Origin: Chiloscyllium plagiosum
Lineage: Eukaryota
Length of the DNA stretch: 64,000 nucleotides
Direction of reading: 5' to 3'
NCBI RefSeq assembly: GCF_004010195.1
Contig: NC_057716.1
Span: 106,196,576 to 106,260,575, forward strand
The notes beneath the pieces were generated by a model, which was given only the letters and a program-made list of their open reading frames with translations, did not search any database and was not told the DNA's origin. Each line of letters begins with the position of its first letter. Position 1 is the first letter of the stretch. Shown here piece by piece: positions 37,885-52,019 of the stretch. The translations under genes were made by a program, and so were the position numbers.

Positions 37885-39470
37885 AATTTCTTGTATATTT
37901 ACCCCTGTCTCCCTTGGATCGCCTGTATATTTACCCACTGTCCCCATGTCCATCTCCTGTATATTTAACCCCCATCTCCCTGTGGATTGCCGGTATATTT
38001 ACCCACCGTCCCCCTGTCCATCTCCTGTATATTTACCCCGTCTCCCTGTGGATTGCCGGTATATTTACCCACCGTCCCCCTGTCCATCTCCTGTATATTT
38101 ACCCTGTCTCCCTGTCCATCTCCTGTATATTTACCCTGTCTCCCTGTTCATCTCCTGTATATTTAACCCCCATCTCCCTGTGGATTGCCGGTATATTTAC
38201 CCACCGTCCCCCTGTCCATCTCCTGTATATTTACCCTGTCTCCCTGTGGATTGCCGGTATATTTACCCACCGTCCCCCTGTCCATCTCCTGTATATTTAC
38301 CCTGTCTCCCTGTTCATCTCCTGTATATTTACCCTGTCTCCCTGTGGATCTCCTGTATATTTACCCCTGTCTCCCTGTGGATCTCCTGTATATTTACCCT
38401 GTCTCCCTGTCCATCTCCTGAATATTTACCCCTGTCTCCCTGTGGATCTCCTGTATATTTACCCCATCTCCCTGTGGATTGCCTGTATATTTACCCACTG
38501 TCCACCTCCTGTATATTTACCCCATCTCGCTGTGGATTGCCTGTATATTTACCCACTGTCCACCTCCTGTATATTTACCCTGTCTCCCTGTCCATCTCCT
38601 GAATATTTACCCCTGTCTCCCTGTGGATCTCCTGTATATTTACCCTGTCTCCCTGTAGATCTCCTGTATATTTACCCCCATCTCCCTGTCCATCTCCTGT
38701 ATATTTACCCCTCCTCCCTGTCCATCTCCTGTATATTTACCCCTGTCTCCCTGTGGATCTCCTGTATATTTACCCTGTCTCCCTGTAGATCTCCTGTATA
38801 TTTACCCCTGTCTCCCTGTTCATCTCCTGTATATTTACCCTGTCTCCCTGTGGATCTCCTGTATATTTACCCTGTCTCCCTGTAGATCTCCCGTATATTT
38901 ACCCCTGTCTCCCTGCCCATCTCCTGTATATTTACCCCTGTCTCCCTATCCATCTCCTGTATATTTACCCCGTCTTCCTACAGATCTCCTGTATATTTAC
39001 CCCATCTCCCGGTTCATCTCGTGTATATTTACTCCTGTCTCCCTATGGATCTCCTGTATATTTACCCCATCTCCCTGTCCATCTCCTGTATATTTACCCC
39101 ATCTCCCTATGGATCTCCTGTATATGGACCCCGTCTCCCTGTCCATCTCCTGTATATTTACCCCGTCTCCCTGTCCATCTCCTGTATATTTACCCCCGGA
39201 CAGGGAGACGGGGTAAATATACAGGAGATGGACAGGGAGACGGGGTAAATATACAGGAGATGGAGATGGGGACGGGTAAATATACAGGAGATGGACAAGG
39301 AGACAGGGGTAAATAACAGGAGATGGACAGGGACATGGGGTAAATATACAGGATATTTACCCCTGTCTCCCTGTCCATCTCCTGTATATTTACCCCCTGT
39401 CTCCCTGTCCATCTCCTGTATATTTATCCCTGTCTCCCTGTGGATCTCCTGTATATTTACCCCTGTCCAA
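37885..39470. repeat. Minisatellite, 32-34-bp unit, with an internal inverted block
   Basis: ccctgtctccctgtggatctcctgtatatttac repeated; units at 39198-39352 are reverse-complemented. Confidence 0.95.
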
Positions 39471-39584
39471 CTCTGATGAATGGCTTTTGCCCAAAATGTC
39501 GATTTTTCCTGCTCCTCAGATGTTGCCTGACCTGCTGTGCTTTTCCAGCACCACTCTAATCTCGACTCTGATTTCCAGCATCTC

Positions 39585-40790
39585 TGTGGGAAGCTACAGA
39601 AGTGATTACTGGGCCTCTTGCAGAGATATTTGTATCATCGATAGTCACAGGTGAGGTGCCGGAAGACTGGAGGTTGGCTAACGTGGTGCCACTGTTTAAG
39701 AAGGGTTGTAAGGACAAGCCAAGGAACTATAGACCGGTGAGTCTGACCTTGGTGGTGGGCAAGTTGTTGGAGGGAATCCTGACGGACAGTACGTACATGT
39801 ATTTTGAAAGGCAAGGACTTATTAGGGATAGTCAACATGGCTTTGTGCATGGGAAATCATGTCTTACAAACTTGATTAAGATTTTTGAGGAAGTAACAAA
39901 GAGGATTGATGAGGGCAGAGCGTTAGATGTGATCTATATGGACTTCAGAAAGGTGTTTGACAAGGTTCCCCATGGGAGACAGATTAGCAAGGTTAGATCT
40001 CATGGAATACAGGGAGAAGTAGCCATTTGGATACAGAACTGGCTCAAAGGTAGAAGACAGAGGGTGGTGGTGGAGGGTTGTTTTCCAGACAGGAGGCCTG
40101 TGACCAGTGGAGTGCCACAAGGATCGGTGCTGGGCCCTCTACTTTTTGTCATTTACATAAATGATTTGGATGCGAGCATAAGAGGTACAGTTAGTAAGTT
40201 TGCAGAAGACACCAAAATTGGAGGTGTAGTGGACAGCGAAGAAGGTTACCTCAGATTACAACAGGATCTNNNNNNNNNNNNNNNNNNNNNNNNNNNNNNN
40301 NNNNNNNNNNNNNNNNNNNNNNNNNNNNNNNNNNNNNNNNNNNNNNNNNNNNNNNNNNNNNNNNNNNNNNNNNNNNNNNNNNNNNNNNNNNNNNNNNNNN
40401 NNNNNNNNNNNNNNNNNNNNNNNNNNNNNNNNNNNNNNNNNNNNNNNNNNNNNNNNNNNNNNNNNNNNNNNNNNNCAGGGTTGGAGGATTTGAGCTATAG
40501 GGAGAGGTTGAACAGGCTGGGGCTGTTTTCCATGGAGCATCGGAGGCTGAGGGGTGACCTTATAGAGATTTATAAAATCATGAGGGGTATGGATAGGATA
40601 AATAGACAAAATCTTTTCCCTGGGGTGGGGGAGTCCAGAACTAGAGGGCATAGGTTTAGAGTGAGAGGGGAAAGATATAAAAGAGACCTAAGGGGCAACG
40701 TTTTCACACAGAGGGTGGTACGTGTATGGAATGAGCTACCAGAGGAAGTGGTCTGTTTCCTTGCTGTACATCTCTATGACTCTCTGACTC
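39585..40790 (+). mobile_element. CR1 LINE RT and 3' end (relatively young)
   Basis: Open frame 39602 to the gap: [40 protein letters not shown]. Confidence 0.93.
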
Positions 40791-40907
40791 TATCTGCAGT
40801 CCACACTTTCACCTTGTATTCTCCATGGTCTGCGTGACAGCCATGATATCTCGCTGTTCAGATTGGACAACAACGCTCCAGTTCATCTCTTTGTCTGCTC
40901 TCCTTAC

Positions 40908-42352
40908 CCAACTCCGGTGAAGTGGGACGAGATTTCCTGGATTTCCCTCTGGGAGTTTTCCGGCCTGATTTATCCCGAACCTGGGTGGTGGTGTCTTCTT
41001 TCAGATCCGCGGAGCTTGCCTCCATGTCCTCAGGCCTGATGCTCTTCACTCCCGTGTCGGCCACACTACTGGGGGCTATGGGGGGGGCGGTACAGGCCGG
41101 GCTGAGGGGGGCCAGACCTAATCTCGGAGCACCGTCTCCCAACTCCGCTCTGCCACCGAGGCTCAGGCTCTCCGGCCTACTCCTGAGCCAGTCAGGGCTC
41201 TCCTTGTGAAAGGGCGGCGAGGGTTTGACATCCTGCCTGGAGAGTGAGGGCAGATCGGGGGCGATAACCGGGGCCCGGCCTTCGGAGGTGGACCTCACCT
41301 TCAGGACAGTTTCCACGACAGGCTGGGGGCGGCTGGGAGGCTGAGATTGGGCGTGCTGGCTGACGGTTGCCAGGTTTGTTGCTCCTGCCTCAGCCTGGTC
41401 TGGGTAGTTGACGGCAGACTCCCATGCTCTGGCCTTGCCTGACTCCAGATCCTCTGGCTCACCGCTAAACGTGGCTAGGCTTCGCTGCAGTGGTTTACGT
41501 GGACTATCCAACCATGACCCCTCTGGGCTCCGCGGTGCCTCTGCCGGGGGGGTCACCGCCCTGGCGGCTTTCCGTGATGATAGCTCGCGGTTAACGGCAC
41601 GCTCCAGCACTGGGGACCGCAGCACGGGCCTGCTCACTGTCGAGCTCATGGCCGTCTTCTTGATCCTGCTCAGCTCCTCCGAGATCTTCAGCTCGACGTC
41701 GCGGGCCCTCGTGGCATAGCGGCCGCGCTCGTCGAAGGAAGCCGCTTTCTGCCGGAAGAGCGAGCGTTTCAGCTCGGCCCCTGCCCCACCCTCCGGCCTT
41801 AGGCCCCCCCGCCCCTCGCCGTCCAGCAGTTCGGACAGGGAAGGCCGCAGCCTGCCCTCCCGCTGCTCCGTGTGGTCGAAGGAACGCCACTTCCTGAATC
41901 CGGGCCACGGCTGCCCGTCCGCCAACTCGAAGCTCCGCCGCCGCTCTGGGAATGTCTCCAGGTACCTCATCCTGTCCGAGGCCCGGGATCCAGAGCGGGA
42001 ATGAGCCGGAGAGGAAGCATCGCCCGAACTGGCCCTCCTCACCACCGGGGGAGGGCTGTCCCCTCCCCCTGCCACCTTCGGGGGTTTCTGGGCCTTGTCC
42101 TGGAACTCAGCCGGCACGGTGTCGTGGTACTCCATTGGCGTGCTGAGCTTCCGGCGAGGGGTCAGCGGTGTTGTGGGCTGGCCCAGGTTCATCCGTGAGG
42201 CTTTGGGACTGGCCGGCCTGGTTTTCAGGGCCGTTGGTGGTAGGCCGGAGGCTCTGGAAGCTCCTTGGTTCTGGGCCATGGCATCCCACCTGAGGCTGGG
42301 CTCCATGGGGTGATCCAGTGAGCTCCTACCCAACGTGTTCTCACAGAGGTCC
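40908..42352 (-). CDS. SPEG: SPEG large low-complexity exon (about exon 4)
   Basis: 1445-bp GC-rich open frame, ctgcag|G acceptor, G|gtaagg donor; motifs TPLTPRRK..EYHDTVPAEF, LFRQKAASFDER, ELKISEELSRIKK, RPTSPEL. Confidence 0.93.
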
Positions 42353-43522
42353 CTGCAGGGGAAAAGAGACAAATTTCACCAAAATGCCACTTGGAGGAAA
42401 CGGAGAGGGGGGTTTCAAAGTCCTCATTAACAATGAGCTGCTCCTTGTTCCCACATTCTATCTGTTTCCAGGATTGAGCTGTGTGTAATCCAGGCCTAAA
42501 ATGCTGGAACACAGTGATCAATCACTTTTTTTCATTTAATATGTTTTGATTCTGAACAGAAATGGTGGAGGACTGTTTCCAAAGCTGAGGGTTGTTAAAG
42601 GATTGCTACGCTTTCTGAAAGCTTTTTGCAAGCGCTGTTTACACAGCTATTGGTGTAGGCAGTGGAGGGGGGAGGGGGGCTTTGCCAGGTTTGCGGATGA
42701 ACTGGAGCCAGGGCAGGTATACGATTGGAGATTCTGCTGGTAACAAGTCGCTGATTGGTCTGGGAAATGGTGACCACAGCTTGCCAACAGCCATGTAATT
42801 GGCTCCTGGACAGCTTAACAGCTTGTGGGTGAGAATGTTTGTATCAGAAGCCTTTAGAAGGGCTGTTTTTGCTTTGCATTAAAAAGCCTGTCCAGCCTTG
42901 AAGAGAATCATTTTATCTTCCCTCACCTGTTCCTTTTAATAAGTCAGAGACTTTTATCTATGTGAATCAGTCACCCTGTGCCTCCTGTATCTGGAGAAGG
43001 AAGATGGAGAAGCAGTATTCTGATCAGCCAAAGGATTATCCCAGGGATTCCTGGGGACAGGGACCACTAACTATCTTCCCAGTCTTTCCCTCTGCCCACA
43101 ACACCAATGTTTTGTTTGTGCATGTTTGTAGAGAAGGAGTTCTATAAGGAGGTTAGAGTTTTAACTGGTGGAGAAATGGTTCATTATGGTTTCTTTGTAG
43201 TGGAGGGAAGCACACAGCTTGTGATTTCAAACAAATCTGTTGGACTCTAACCTGGTGTCGTGTGACCTTTTGTGCTTTCTGTCAGATTGGATTTAAAGAA
43301 TGGTGTTTGGTAAAACAATCAACTTTTCTGATGATGTTGGGTATAATTGATCTTTATTTCCAGTCAGGGGCGACAATTGGTCAACCCCCCCCCCACCCCA
43401 GATCATCAACATTCTCTGAGCTGCGCTCCTTGTGTTGAGCCTACTCCCACTGAGCCATGCTATCTCCCGACCAATCAATCCCATTAGGCCCACACCACAT
43501 GGCCAGAAAATCCAGGCTTTAG

Positions 43523-44152
43523 TGTGATGGTGCTGTTACTTTAAAAAGGTTGTTTTGTCCTGGGTTTTTTTTAAAAGAGGTTGTAAAGGCAGTCTGGATG
43601 AACTAGCTGCTGAAGATGGTTTAAGTAAACAGCTTAGAAGGCATTTGGGTTTTGTTTAAAAGCTGGAACAATAGAAGCAGCTTGAATGCGAATGGCCAGC
43701 TCTCTCTCACCTGGTTTTTTTCAGCTGTCAGAAGCTATTTGGGGTCTCGGAAGATTTGGAATCTTCAGTGAATGATTCCGAGCTGCTACATTCTCTAGAA
43801 TTTCTCTTGATTTTATTCCTTTTGGATTGGAGAACTGCACATCAGAATCTGTGTCTGAATTTGCCTTTTTGCTGAGGGGAATGTTTATGAGATATTATTG
43901 AAACAGTTAATTAGTAATGGGTGCTGTATCTATTATTCAGTTAAGTTTTCCATTAGTTAAGTTATTCTAAATTCCTCTTTCTTTTGTTTGTATTTTAAAT
44001 ACTTAAATACATTGTATTTTGTTTAAAGTGGTGTGACCAGTTGCATCACATCTGGACGACAGCACTTTCCATCTACATTTACAATCAGAAAACTTCAGAG
44101 TCTAGGCTACCTTCTTAATACATTGTGAGGGGGTCTGCTCTGGTCCAGAACG
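43523..44152. mobile_element. Solo-LTR-like element
   Basis: Begins tgtgatgg, ends with degenerate ccagaacg; start resembles the reverse complement of the 1207-1951 end. No clear target duplication. Confidence 0.35.
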
Positions 44153-45254
44153 GGAGGCAATTCCCAATTTGAAAAGATTCCTGTTGAATCCCATGCCCTT
44201 TCAGGCAGCACCTTCCAGGTTACAACCACTCGCTAAGTGAGAGCAGACCCTTCCTGTCTCCTTCAACTGCCTGGCATGGTCAGTGCCCCATGGAGACCCT
44301 AGCTCCTCACCCGCACTATCAAAATCCCTTGAGATTTTTGAGCCCCTCTCTTAAATCTCCCTTTGAACACCCTTTGCTTTGAGGAGGTGAATGCCAAACT
44401 GTCTTCACTGGACTACACTGGTCTCTCACCGTATTAACTAGAATTGTCTCTGTTATCCAACCCCCATGTAACAATCCCACTGACAGTGGGTCAAAATGCC
44501 TAAGGTTAAAGTCTTCCTCAAACCCTGTGTATTTAAAGGTTTGAATTAGAAAGCTACAGGGTCTTCCAGGCAGTGAACTATTTTATGTTTAAAGCAAGTC
44601 ACTTGTTGTGGGGCAAGGAATGTATCTGTGTGTAAAAAGTTCCAACAGACAGGATGGGAAAATGACTGGGAGAATAAATATTGACCTGGATGCTGGGAAG
44701 AATTTCCCTGCTCTTTTCCTGAGGTAGTGACTCCAATTCCAGTCAAGACCCTATGCTGCAGTTTCCTACACCCACCTGCTGGAAGGTAATATAATGTTCC
44801 ATATGATGGATGATACATCCGACGGTGTGGCATTCCCTCAGTCCTACACTGTAATTGTATGTCCTCGGCTGTCCGGTGTGGGAGCTGACACATGGTGGGG
44901 TTCTGATTCTGAGGCAGGAGGACCACTACTCAGCGAATCACAGTTCTCACTGCCACCCTGTTGGATTTGATCTGGGATCCTTTCAATCACACTGCCATCC
45001 TGCAGTGTTTGATTAATGACACATGGAGTGTTTAATTGTTCCATGTTGATTATGTGAGAATGTTTACTATTGATGCTCACTGCACTTGACTGGCTAGGTC
45101 TGGGGTGGAGAAAGATAGAAACTGCAGAAAGTGCTGGAAGCCAGAGCTGTGGCCAAATTCTGTGACACACATAGAGAGCAGCAACAGCTCAGCCCAGATA
45201 TAACATTGAAACATGGAGCAAGCATTGTCAGTGAGACTTGAGTGAAGAATGACA

Positions 45255-45432
45255 TTACACACTCACTCTCACTCTCATGTACACTCTTACACACACACAC
45301 ACAACAGATACACACAGACAGGTACACACACACTCACATTTTCACACACATTATTTCCCTCTCTCACACACACATAGATACACACACAAACATACATATA
45401 CATACACTTTCTCTCTCTCACACACACACACT
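45255..45432. repeat. (CA)n/(CT)n microsatellite
   Basis: Direct reading. Confidence 0.9.
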
Positions 45433-46610
45433 AATATCAGGTTAGTGAAGTCATGCGGGAGCTGGGGTTGAAAGGCCTGAGGGACAGAAACAAAAATCAA
45501 AATGTAACAAAAGGGGACTTCAGGGTGCCAGTGGACTCTGTTAACCATCCGATCCCTCAATTTCCTTCACATTGATTGGCTATTATCTCACACCCAGCTC
45601 CCAGTACAGACCCTGCTCCCTTTCAGACACAATCATAGTCTGACACAACACTGGAGGCCATTCAGCCTGCCATGCCTCTGTGATAAAGCTAGCCCATTTG
45701 TCTTACTCTTAAGCTCTTGCCCCATAGCCCTGCAAATCTTTCCCCTTCAAAACAAAGAGAATAGGAACAGGAGTAGGCCATTCAGCCCTTTGAGCCTGAA
45801 GCACCATTCAACATGATTAGGGCTGATCATCCAACCCAGTCCCCTGTTCCTGCTGTCCCCTTTGATCTCTTTAGCCCTGAGAACTGTATCTAACGTCATC
45901 TTGAAAACATTCAATGTTTTGGCCTCAACCACTTCCTGTGGCAGAGAATTCGAGATCTCACGTTTTTACCCAGTTGTGTTTTGAAGGTTCGTATTGAATC
46001 TGTTCCCATCTCTCGTTAAGGCAGATCATTCTAGATCACAACAGCTCAATACACACAACAAACACTGCCTCATCTCACCTCGGCCTCTTTTTGCCCCTTC
46101 TCTTCAATCTGTAGGTCTTACCAAAATTTACTGAACCCCCTAACTGGGTTTTGAACACCTCGATTAACTCTCCCATCAACTTTCTCTGCTCTAAGGAGAA
46201 CAACTCCAGTCTCACTGACCTCTGTCAGTCCCATTACTGATCCAGCTCCCTCTCCAAGACCCTGAGAATCTTTCCTAAACCTCCCAGTGCCCGGAATAAT
46301 TCAGCTGAGTCCAAATCTGTGTTGTTTTTAAATTCACTCAAGGGATATGGTGTTGCTGGCTGGGTCAGCATTTATTGCCCATCCCTAATTGCCCAGAGGG
46401 CAGTTATGAGTCACCCACATTGGCAATCTGGAGTCACATGTTGGCCAGATCACGTAAGGATGACAGATTTCCTTCCCTAATGGATGTTAGTGACCCCCAT
46501 GGGTTTTCTTGACAATCAACCCAGTATTCATGCTCATCATTAGATTCTTAATTAAATTAAAAGTCCACCATCTGCTCTGTGAGATTTGAAGCTGGGTTCT
46601 CCAGAATATT

Positions 46611-47362
46611 AGGTGAAAGTGAGGACTGCAGATACTGGAGATTAGAGTGAAGATTAGAGTGGTGCTGGAAAAGCACAGCACGTCAGGCAGCATCCGAGGA
46701 GCAGGAAAATCAACGTTTCAGGCTGGAGCCCTTCATTAGGAATGAGACAGGGAGCCTCCAGGGTGGAGAGATAAATGGGAGGGGGGTGAGGCTGGGGGAA
46801 GGGAGTAAGAGTACGGGGGAGGGGAAATGAGGAAACTAGTGAAGACCACATTGATGCCCTGGGGATGAAGTGTTCCGAGGCGGAAGATGAGGCATTCTTC
46901 TTCCAGGCGTCGGGTGGTGAGGGAGCGGTGGTGGAGGAGGCCCAGGACCTGCATGTCCTCGGCAGAGTGGGAGGGGGAGTTGAAATGTTCGGCCACAGGG
47001 CGGTGGGATTGATTGGTGCAGGTGTCCCAGAGATGGTCCCTAAAACGCTCTGCTAGGAGGCGTCCAGTCTCCCCAGTGTAGAGGAGACTGCATCGGGAGC
47101 AACGGATACAATAAATGATATTGGTGGATATGCAGATAAAACTTTGATGGATGTGGAAGCCTCCTTTGGGGCCTTGGATGGAGGTGAGGGAGGAGGTGTG
47201 GGCGCAGGTTTTGCAATTCCTGCGGTGGCAGGGGAAGGTGCCAGGACGGAAGGGTGGGTTGTTGGGGGGCGTGGACCTGACCAGGTAGGCACGGAGGGAA
47301 CGGTCTTTGCGGAAGGCGGAAAGGGGTGGGGAGGGAAATATATCCCTGGTGGTGGGGTCCAT
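46611..47362 (-). mobile_element. Penelope-like element 3' part with GIY-YIG endonuclease and terminal repeat
   Basis: ORF 46736-47440(-): Cys-rich linker CHRRNCKTC, NIIYCIRC..C.LLYTGETGR.LAERFRDH, VAEHFN, LGTLHPQGIN. Inserted in a SINE (46325-46610 and 47370-47450). Confidence 0.9.
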
Positions 47363-47794
47363 TGAAGGATCCACTGGAATCCCCTGGAATATTAGCTGAG
47401 TTTCTGGATTAATGATCTTGCGATAATACCACTGGGCCATTGTCTCCCTGTAGTATAGCTTCCTTTCTTCTGTAAAAACAAAATATTCTAGATACTGGAA
47501 ATCTGAAGTAAAAGCAGAGAGTGCTGGAGAATCTCAGTGGGTCTGGCAGCTTCTGTGGAGACAGAAACCGAGTTAATGTTTCGAGTGCAGTGACCCTTCC
47601 TCAGAGCTAAAAGGGGTTGGAAACATAATGGTTTATGACACAACACACACACTCTGTCCAGGGTCTGCTGCATTTGTAGAGACTCAGAGAGTTTTTCCAG
47701 TCCATTGTATCTGCACTGGTCACCAAATATCCATCTATTCAAATCCCATTCCCAGCCTTGCATGCTATTGTGTTTCAAGTGATTCTTTAATAGG

Positions 47795-49990
47795 CTGAGG
47801 GGTGGCAGATGGAGTTTAATTTGAATAAAAGTGAGGTGTTGCATTTTGGTAAAACAAACAAGGGCAGGACTTATACTTATAACGGGCCCTGGGGAGTGTT
47901 ACTGAACAGAGAGACCCAGGGTTCAGGAACATAATTCTTTGTAAGTTGCGTCGCATATAAACAGGGTGGTTAAGAAATTGTTTAGCACACTTGCCTTCAT
48001 TGCTCAGACCTTTGTGTGTAGGAGTTGGGACATCATGCTGAAGTTGTACAGGACATTGGTGAGGTCCCTTATGGAATACTGTGTCCAGTTAGGGGAGGCA
48101 ATGGAAATGGTATTATCACTGGACTCTTAACCCAGAGACACAGGTAATGTTCTAGGCCATGGATTTGAATCCTACCACAGCAGATTGTGGAATTTGAATT
48201 CAATAAAAATCTGGAATTAAGAGTCTAATGATGACCATGAATCCATTGTTAATTGTCGGAAAACCTCATCTGGGTCACTAATGTCCTTCAGGGAAGGAAA
48301 CTGCCATCCTTACCTGGTCTGACCTACACATGACTCCAGACCCACAGTCAATGTTGGTGACTCTTAATTGCCCTCTGGGTAATTAGGCTTAGGCAATAAA
48401 TGCTGGCCGATGCAATGACGCCCTCACTCTGTGAATGAATAATAACAAAGTTCAGGTCGCCCTGTGATAGGAAGGATATTAAACTGGAGAGGGTCCAGAA
48501 AAGATTTCCCTGGATTTTGCCAGGAATGGAGGGTTTGAGATATAGAAATAGACTGGAAACGTTGGGACTTTTGTCCCTGAAGTGTAGGAGGCTGAGGGCT
48601 GACACACCTTATTGGGGTTTATAAAATCATGAGGGACATAGGAGTGAATAGGAAGGGTCTTTTCCCTCGGGTAGGAGAGTTCAAAACTAGGGGGCATACC
48701 TTTAAGGTGAGAGGAGAAAGATTTAAAAAGGACATAAGGGTAACATTTTTACACAGACAGTGGTCTGTGTGCCAGAGGAAGTGATGAATGTGGGTAAAGA
48801 CATTTGAATAAGTCCATGAATAGGAAAGGTTGAGGTTGATTTAGTGGTTTGGATCAGAAATTGGCTTGCTGTAAGAAGACAGGTGGTTGATGGGAAATGT
48901 TCATCCTGGAGTTCAGTTACTAGTAGGGTACCTCAAGGATCTGTTTTGGGGCCACTGCTGTTTGTCATTTTTATAAATGACGTGGATGAGGGTGTAGAAG
49001 GATGAGTTAGTAAATATGCGGATGACACTAAGGTTGGTGGAGCTGTGGATAGTGCTGAAGGGTGTTGTAGGTTACAGAAGGATATAGATAAGCTGCAAAG
49101 CTGGGCTGAGAGGTGTTTTTGTGGAAAAGTGTGGGGAGATTCACTTTGGTAGAAGCAACAGGAATGCAGAGTACTGGGCTAATGGTAAGACTCTTGGTAA
49201 TGGAGATGAACAGAGAGATCTCAGTGTCTATGTGCATAGATCCCTGAAAATTACCACCCAAGTTGATAGAGTTGTTAAGAAGGCATACAGTGTGTTAGCT
49301 TTTATTGGTAGAGGGATTGAGTTTCGGAGCCATGAGGTCATGCTGTAGCTGTACAAAACTCTGGTGCAGCCGCACTTGGAGTATTACATACAATTCTGGT
49401 CACCGCAATATAGGAAGAATGTGGAAGCTTTGGAAAGGGTTCAGAGAAGATTTACTAGGATGTTGCCTGGTACGGAGGGAAGGTCTTATGAGGAAAGGCT
49501 GAGGGACTTGAGCTGTTTTCATTGGGTAGAAGAAGGTTGAGAGGTGACTTAATTGAGACATAGAAGATAACCAGAGGGTTAAATAAGGTGGACAGTGAGA
49601 GCCTTTTTCCTCGGATGGTGATGGCTAGCATGAGGGGACCTAGCTTTAAATTGAGGGGTAATAGATATAGGACCGATGTCAGAGGTAGTTTCTTTACTCA
49701 GAGAGTAGTAGGGGCAGGGAGCGCACTGCCTGCAACAGTAGTAGACTCGCCAACTCTAAGGGCATTTAAATGGTCATTGGATAGGCATATGGATGAGAAC
49801 GGAATAGTGTAGGTTAGATGGGCTTCAGATTGGTTTCACAGGTCGGCACAACATTGAGAGCTGAAGGGCCTGTACTGCGCAGTAATGTTCTATGTTTGGA
49901 GGCATATGGGCCAAGCGCAGGCAGGGGGGACTAGTTTGTTTGGGAGCATGGTCAGCATTGATTGGTTGGACTGTGCTGTGTGACTCTATA
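47795..49990 (+). mobile_element. Nested CR1 LINEs (second CR1 at about 48835-49893 inside the tail of the first)
   Basis: Two successive RT-to-tail series; tail of the first resumes at about 49894. Confidence 0.8.
48091..48445 (+). mobile_element. tRNA-derived SINE (SacSINE1-like), full length, inside CR1
   Basis: ggggaggcaatgg..tggtattatcactggact head, B-box-like atttgaatcc, ...ggcaataaatgctggcc...tgaatgaata tail. Confidence 0.75.
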
Positions 49991-50711
49991 AATGTCATAC
50001 AATGTCTGTCCCATCCTTTCACACAGAGGGTTCCAGATACTGACACTCTTGAGTGAAAACTCTTTCCTCAAATCCCCTCGAAACCTCCTGCTCCTTACCT
50101 TACTGTGCCCCCCTGTGAGAAATGACCTGAGGTTACCAGCCTCTCCATCGCTGAATGGTTCCAGCATAGGGAAGCTCCTGGTGAATCTCCTCAAGGTTCC
50201 AGTGAAGTCAACACAAACTCAACCAACAGACGTTTTGGGACTCAATACTGAGTTCAGCAACTTCAGACCATGAACTCTGCCCTCCATTTTGATTTTGATT
50301 CCATCCCTATCCTCCCCTCCACCCCTTATAAAACTGTTCAGCTTTGCTCTCAATAACAGCTGACTTTTTTTTTGCCCTTAACACCTGTCATTAACACCTA
50401 TATCACTTCTCTACTGTCATTAGCAAACCCTTCACCTTTTGTTCTGGGCATCTTCACTATCTGTTCTGCTAAGTCCTCCTTCTCTCTCCCACCTCCCCAA
50501 CATAAAAACCCACCATTTTCTAACCCCTTTCAGTTCTGAGGAAGAGTCAGACTGGACTGGAAACATTAACTCTGTTTTCTCTCCACAGACCCTGCCAGAC
50601 CCGTTGGGTTTCTCTCGGTTTTTACTCCTTGTTTTGTACTCGGTGAAATAAAAGCTAGGATCCCACCTATTATTTTAAAAGCCTTGACATGCCACCATTT
50701 TGCACACATAT

Positions 50712-51000
50712 GCACGGTGGCTCAGTGAGTTAGCACTGCTGCCTCACAGCTGTAGGGACCTGGGTTCAATCCCACCCTCGGGCAACTGTCTGTGTGGAGT
50801 TTGCACATTCTCCCCATGTCTGCGTGAGTTTTCTCCCACAGTCCAAAGATGTGTAGGTTAAAGTGAATTGGCCAGGCTAAATTGCCCATAGTGTCCAGGG
50901 ACATGCAGGCTAATAAATTCATGATTACAGAGATAGGGGTGGTCTGGGAGGGCCTGATGGGCTGAATGGCCTCTTTCTGCATTGTAGGAATTCTACAATA
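50712..51000 (+). mobile_element. HE1-like V-SINE
   Basis: tRNA head plus V-domain. Confidence 0.8.
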
Positions 51001-51104
51001 CCCAAGGTCTCTCTGTTCCTGCACCCACTTTCGAATCCAGTCAATCAGCTTCTCCTCACAATTCCAATTCAAATTTTTTGCAGTTAAATTTCATCCAAGT
51101 TCAC

Positions 51105-51470
51105 TTCTTCCTTCATGAGGATGCGGGGGTCACTGGCCAGGCCAACATACGTTGCATGGCCCTAATTTCCCCTTGAACTGAATGTCTTACTGGACTATTT
51201 CAGAGTCAGCCACATTGCGGTGGGTCTGGAGTCACATGTAGACCAGACTAGGTAAGGATGGCAGATTTCCTTCCCTAAGGGACATTAGTGAACCAGGTGG
51301 GTTTTGACAATAATCGATGCTTGTTCATAGTCATCATCACTGCAAATAGCTTCCAATTCCAGACTTATGAATTGAATTTAAATTCCACCAGCAGCCCTGT
51401 TTGGAATTGAACCCATTTCCTCAGAGCTTTAGCCTGGGCCTCTGGATTACTGACGCAGTGACATTACCAT
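51105..51470 (-). mobile_element. SacSINE1-like SINE
   Basis: Reverse complement of the 48091 family. Confidence 0.65.
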
Positions 51471-52019
51471 AACTTACATTGTGTCTTGGTTCGCCAGTTT
51501 ACTGACATCCTCCTGAAATCCTATCCTCATTCTACTTCAGAGCTTTGTACCTTTTATAGACCTTGTAATGTATGCCATATCTGTCATTGGACCCGAAACA
51601 TTAACTCTGATTTATCTCCACAGATGCTGCCAGACCTGCTGAGTTTTTCCAGCAATTTCTAATTTCCAACGTCCGCAGTTCTTTCAGGTTTGGGTTTTGA
51701 CTCCCATATTCCCAAATCCAGTCGTGTTAATCGATGTTTGAAACTGCAAGACTGACCCTCTCCCCCCTGCAATTCCAACTGTGTCCCTGCACCCCATCAT
51801 CAAAAGGTAACCCCTTGCTGTATGCTCCCTGTGTTTGTTCCTTGTTCAGTGATGGCTTCCAACTGCCACTCTCCTGTCCATATTAACCTGGTTACCAGGA
51901 CTGACGTGGTAACTTCACACCCAGCTCCCAGCCTGAGTTCAAATCCTACCACAGCAAATGGTGGAATTTGAATTCAGTAAAAATCTGGAATTAAGAGTTT
52001 AATGATGACCGTGAATCCA

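Noticed and set aside
37847-38885. 251-aa and 323-aa Pro/Cys-rich ORFs
   Set aside because: Translations of the 32-34-bp minisatellite.
40922-42313. Overlapping + strand ORFs opposite the large SPEG exon
   Set aside because: Expected shadow ORFs of a GC-rich coding exon; no homology or splice support.
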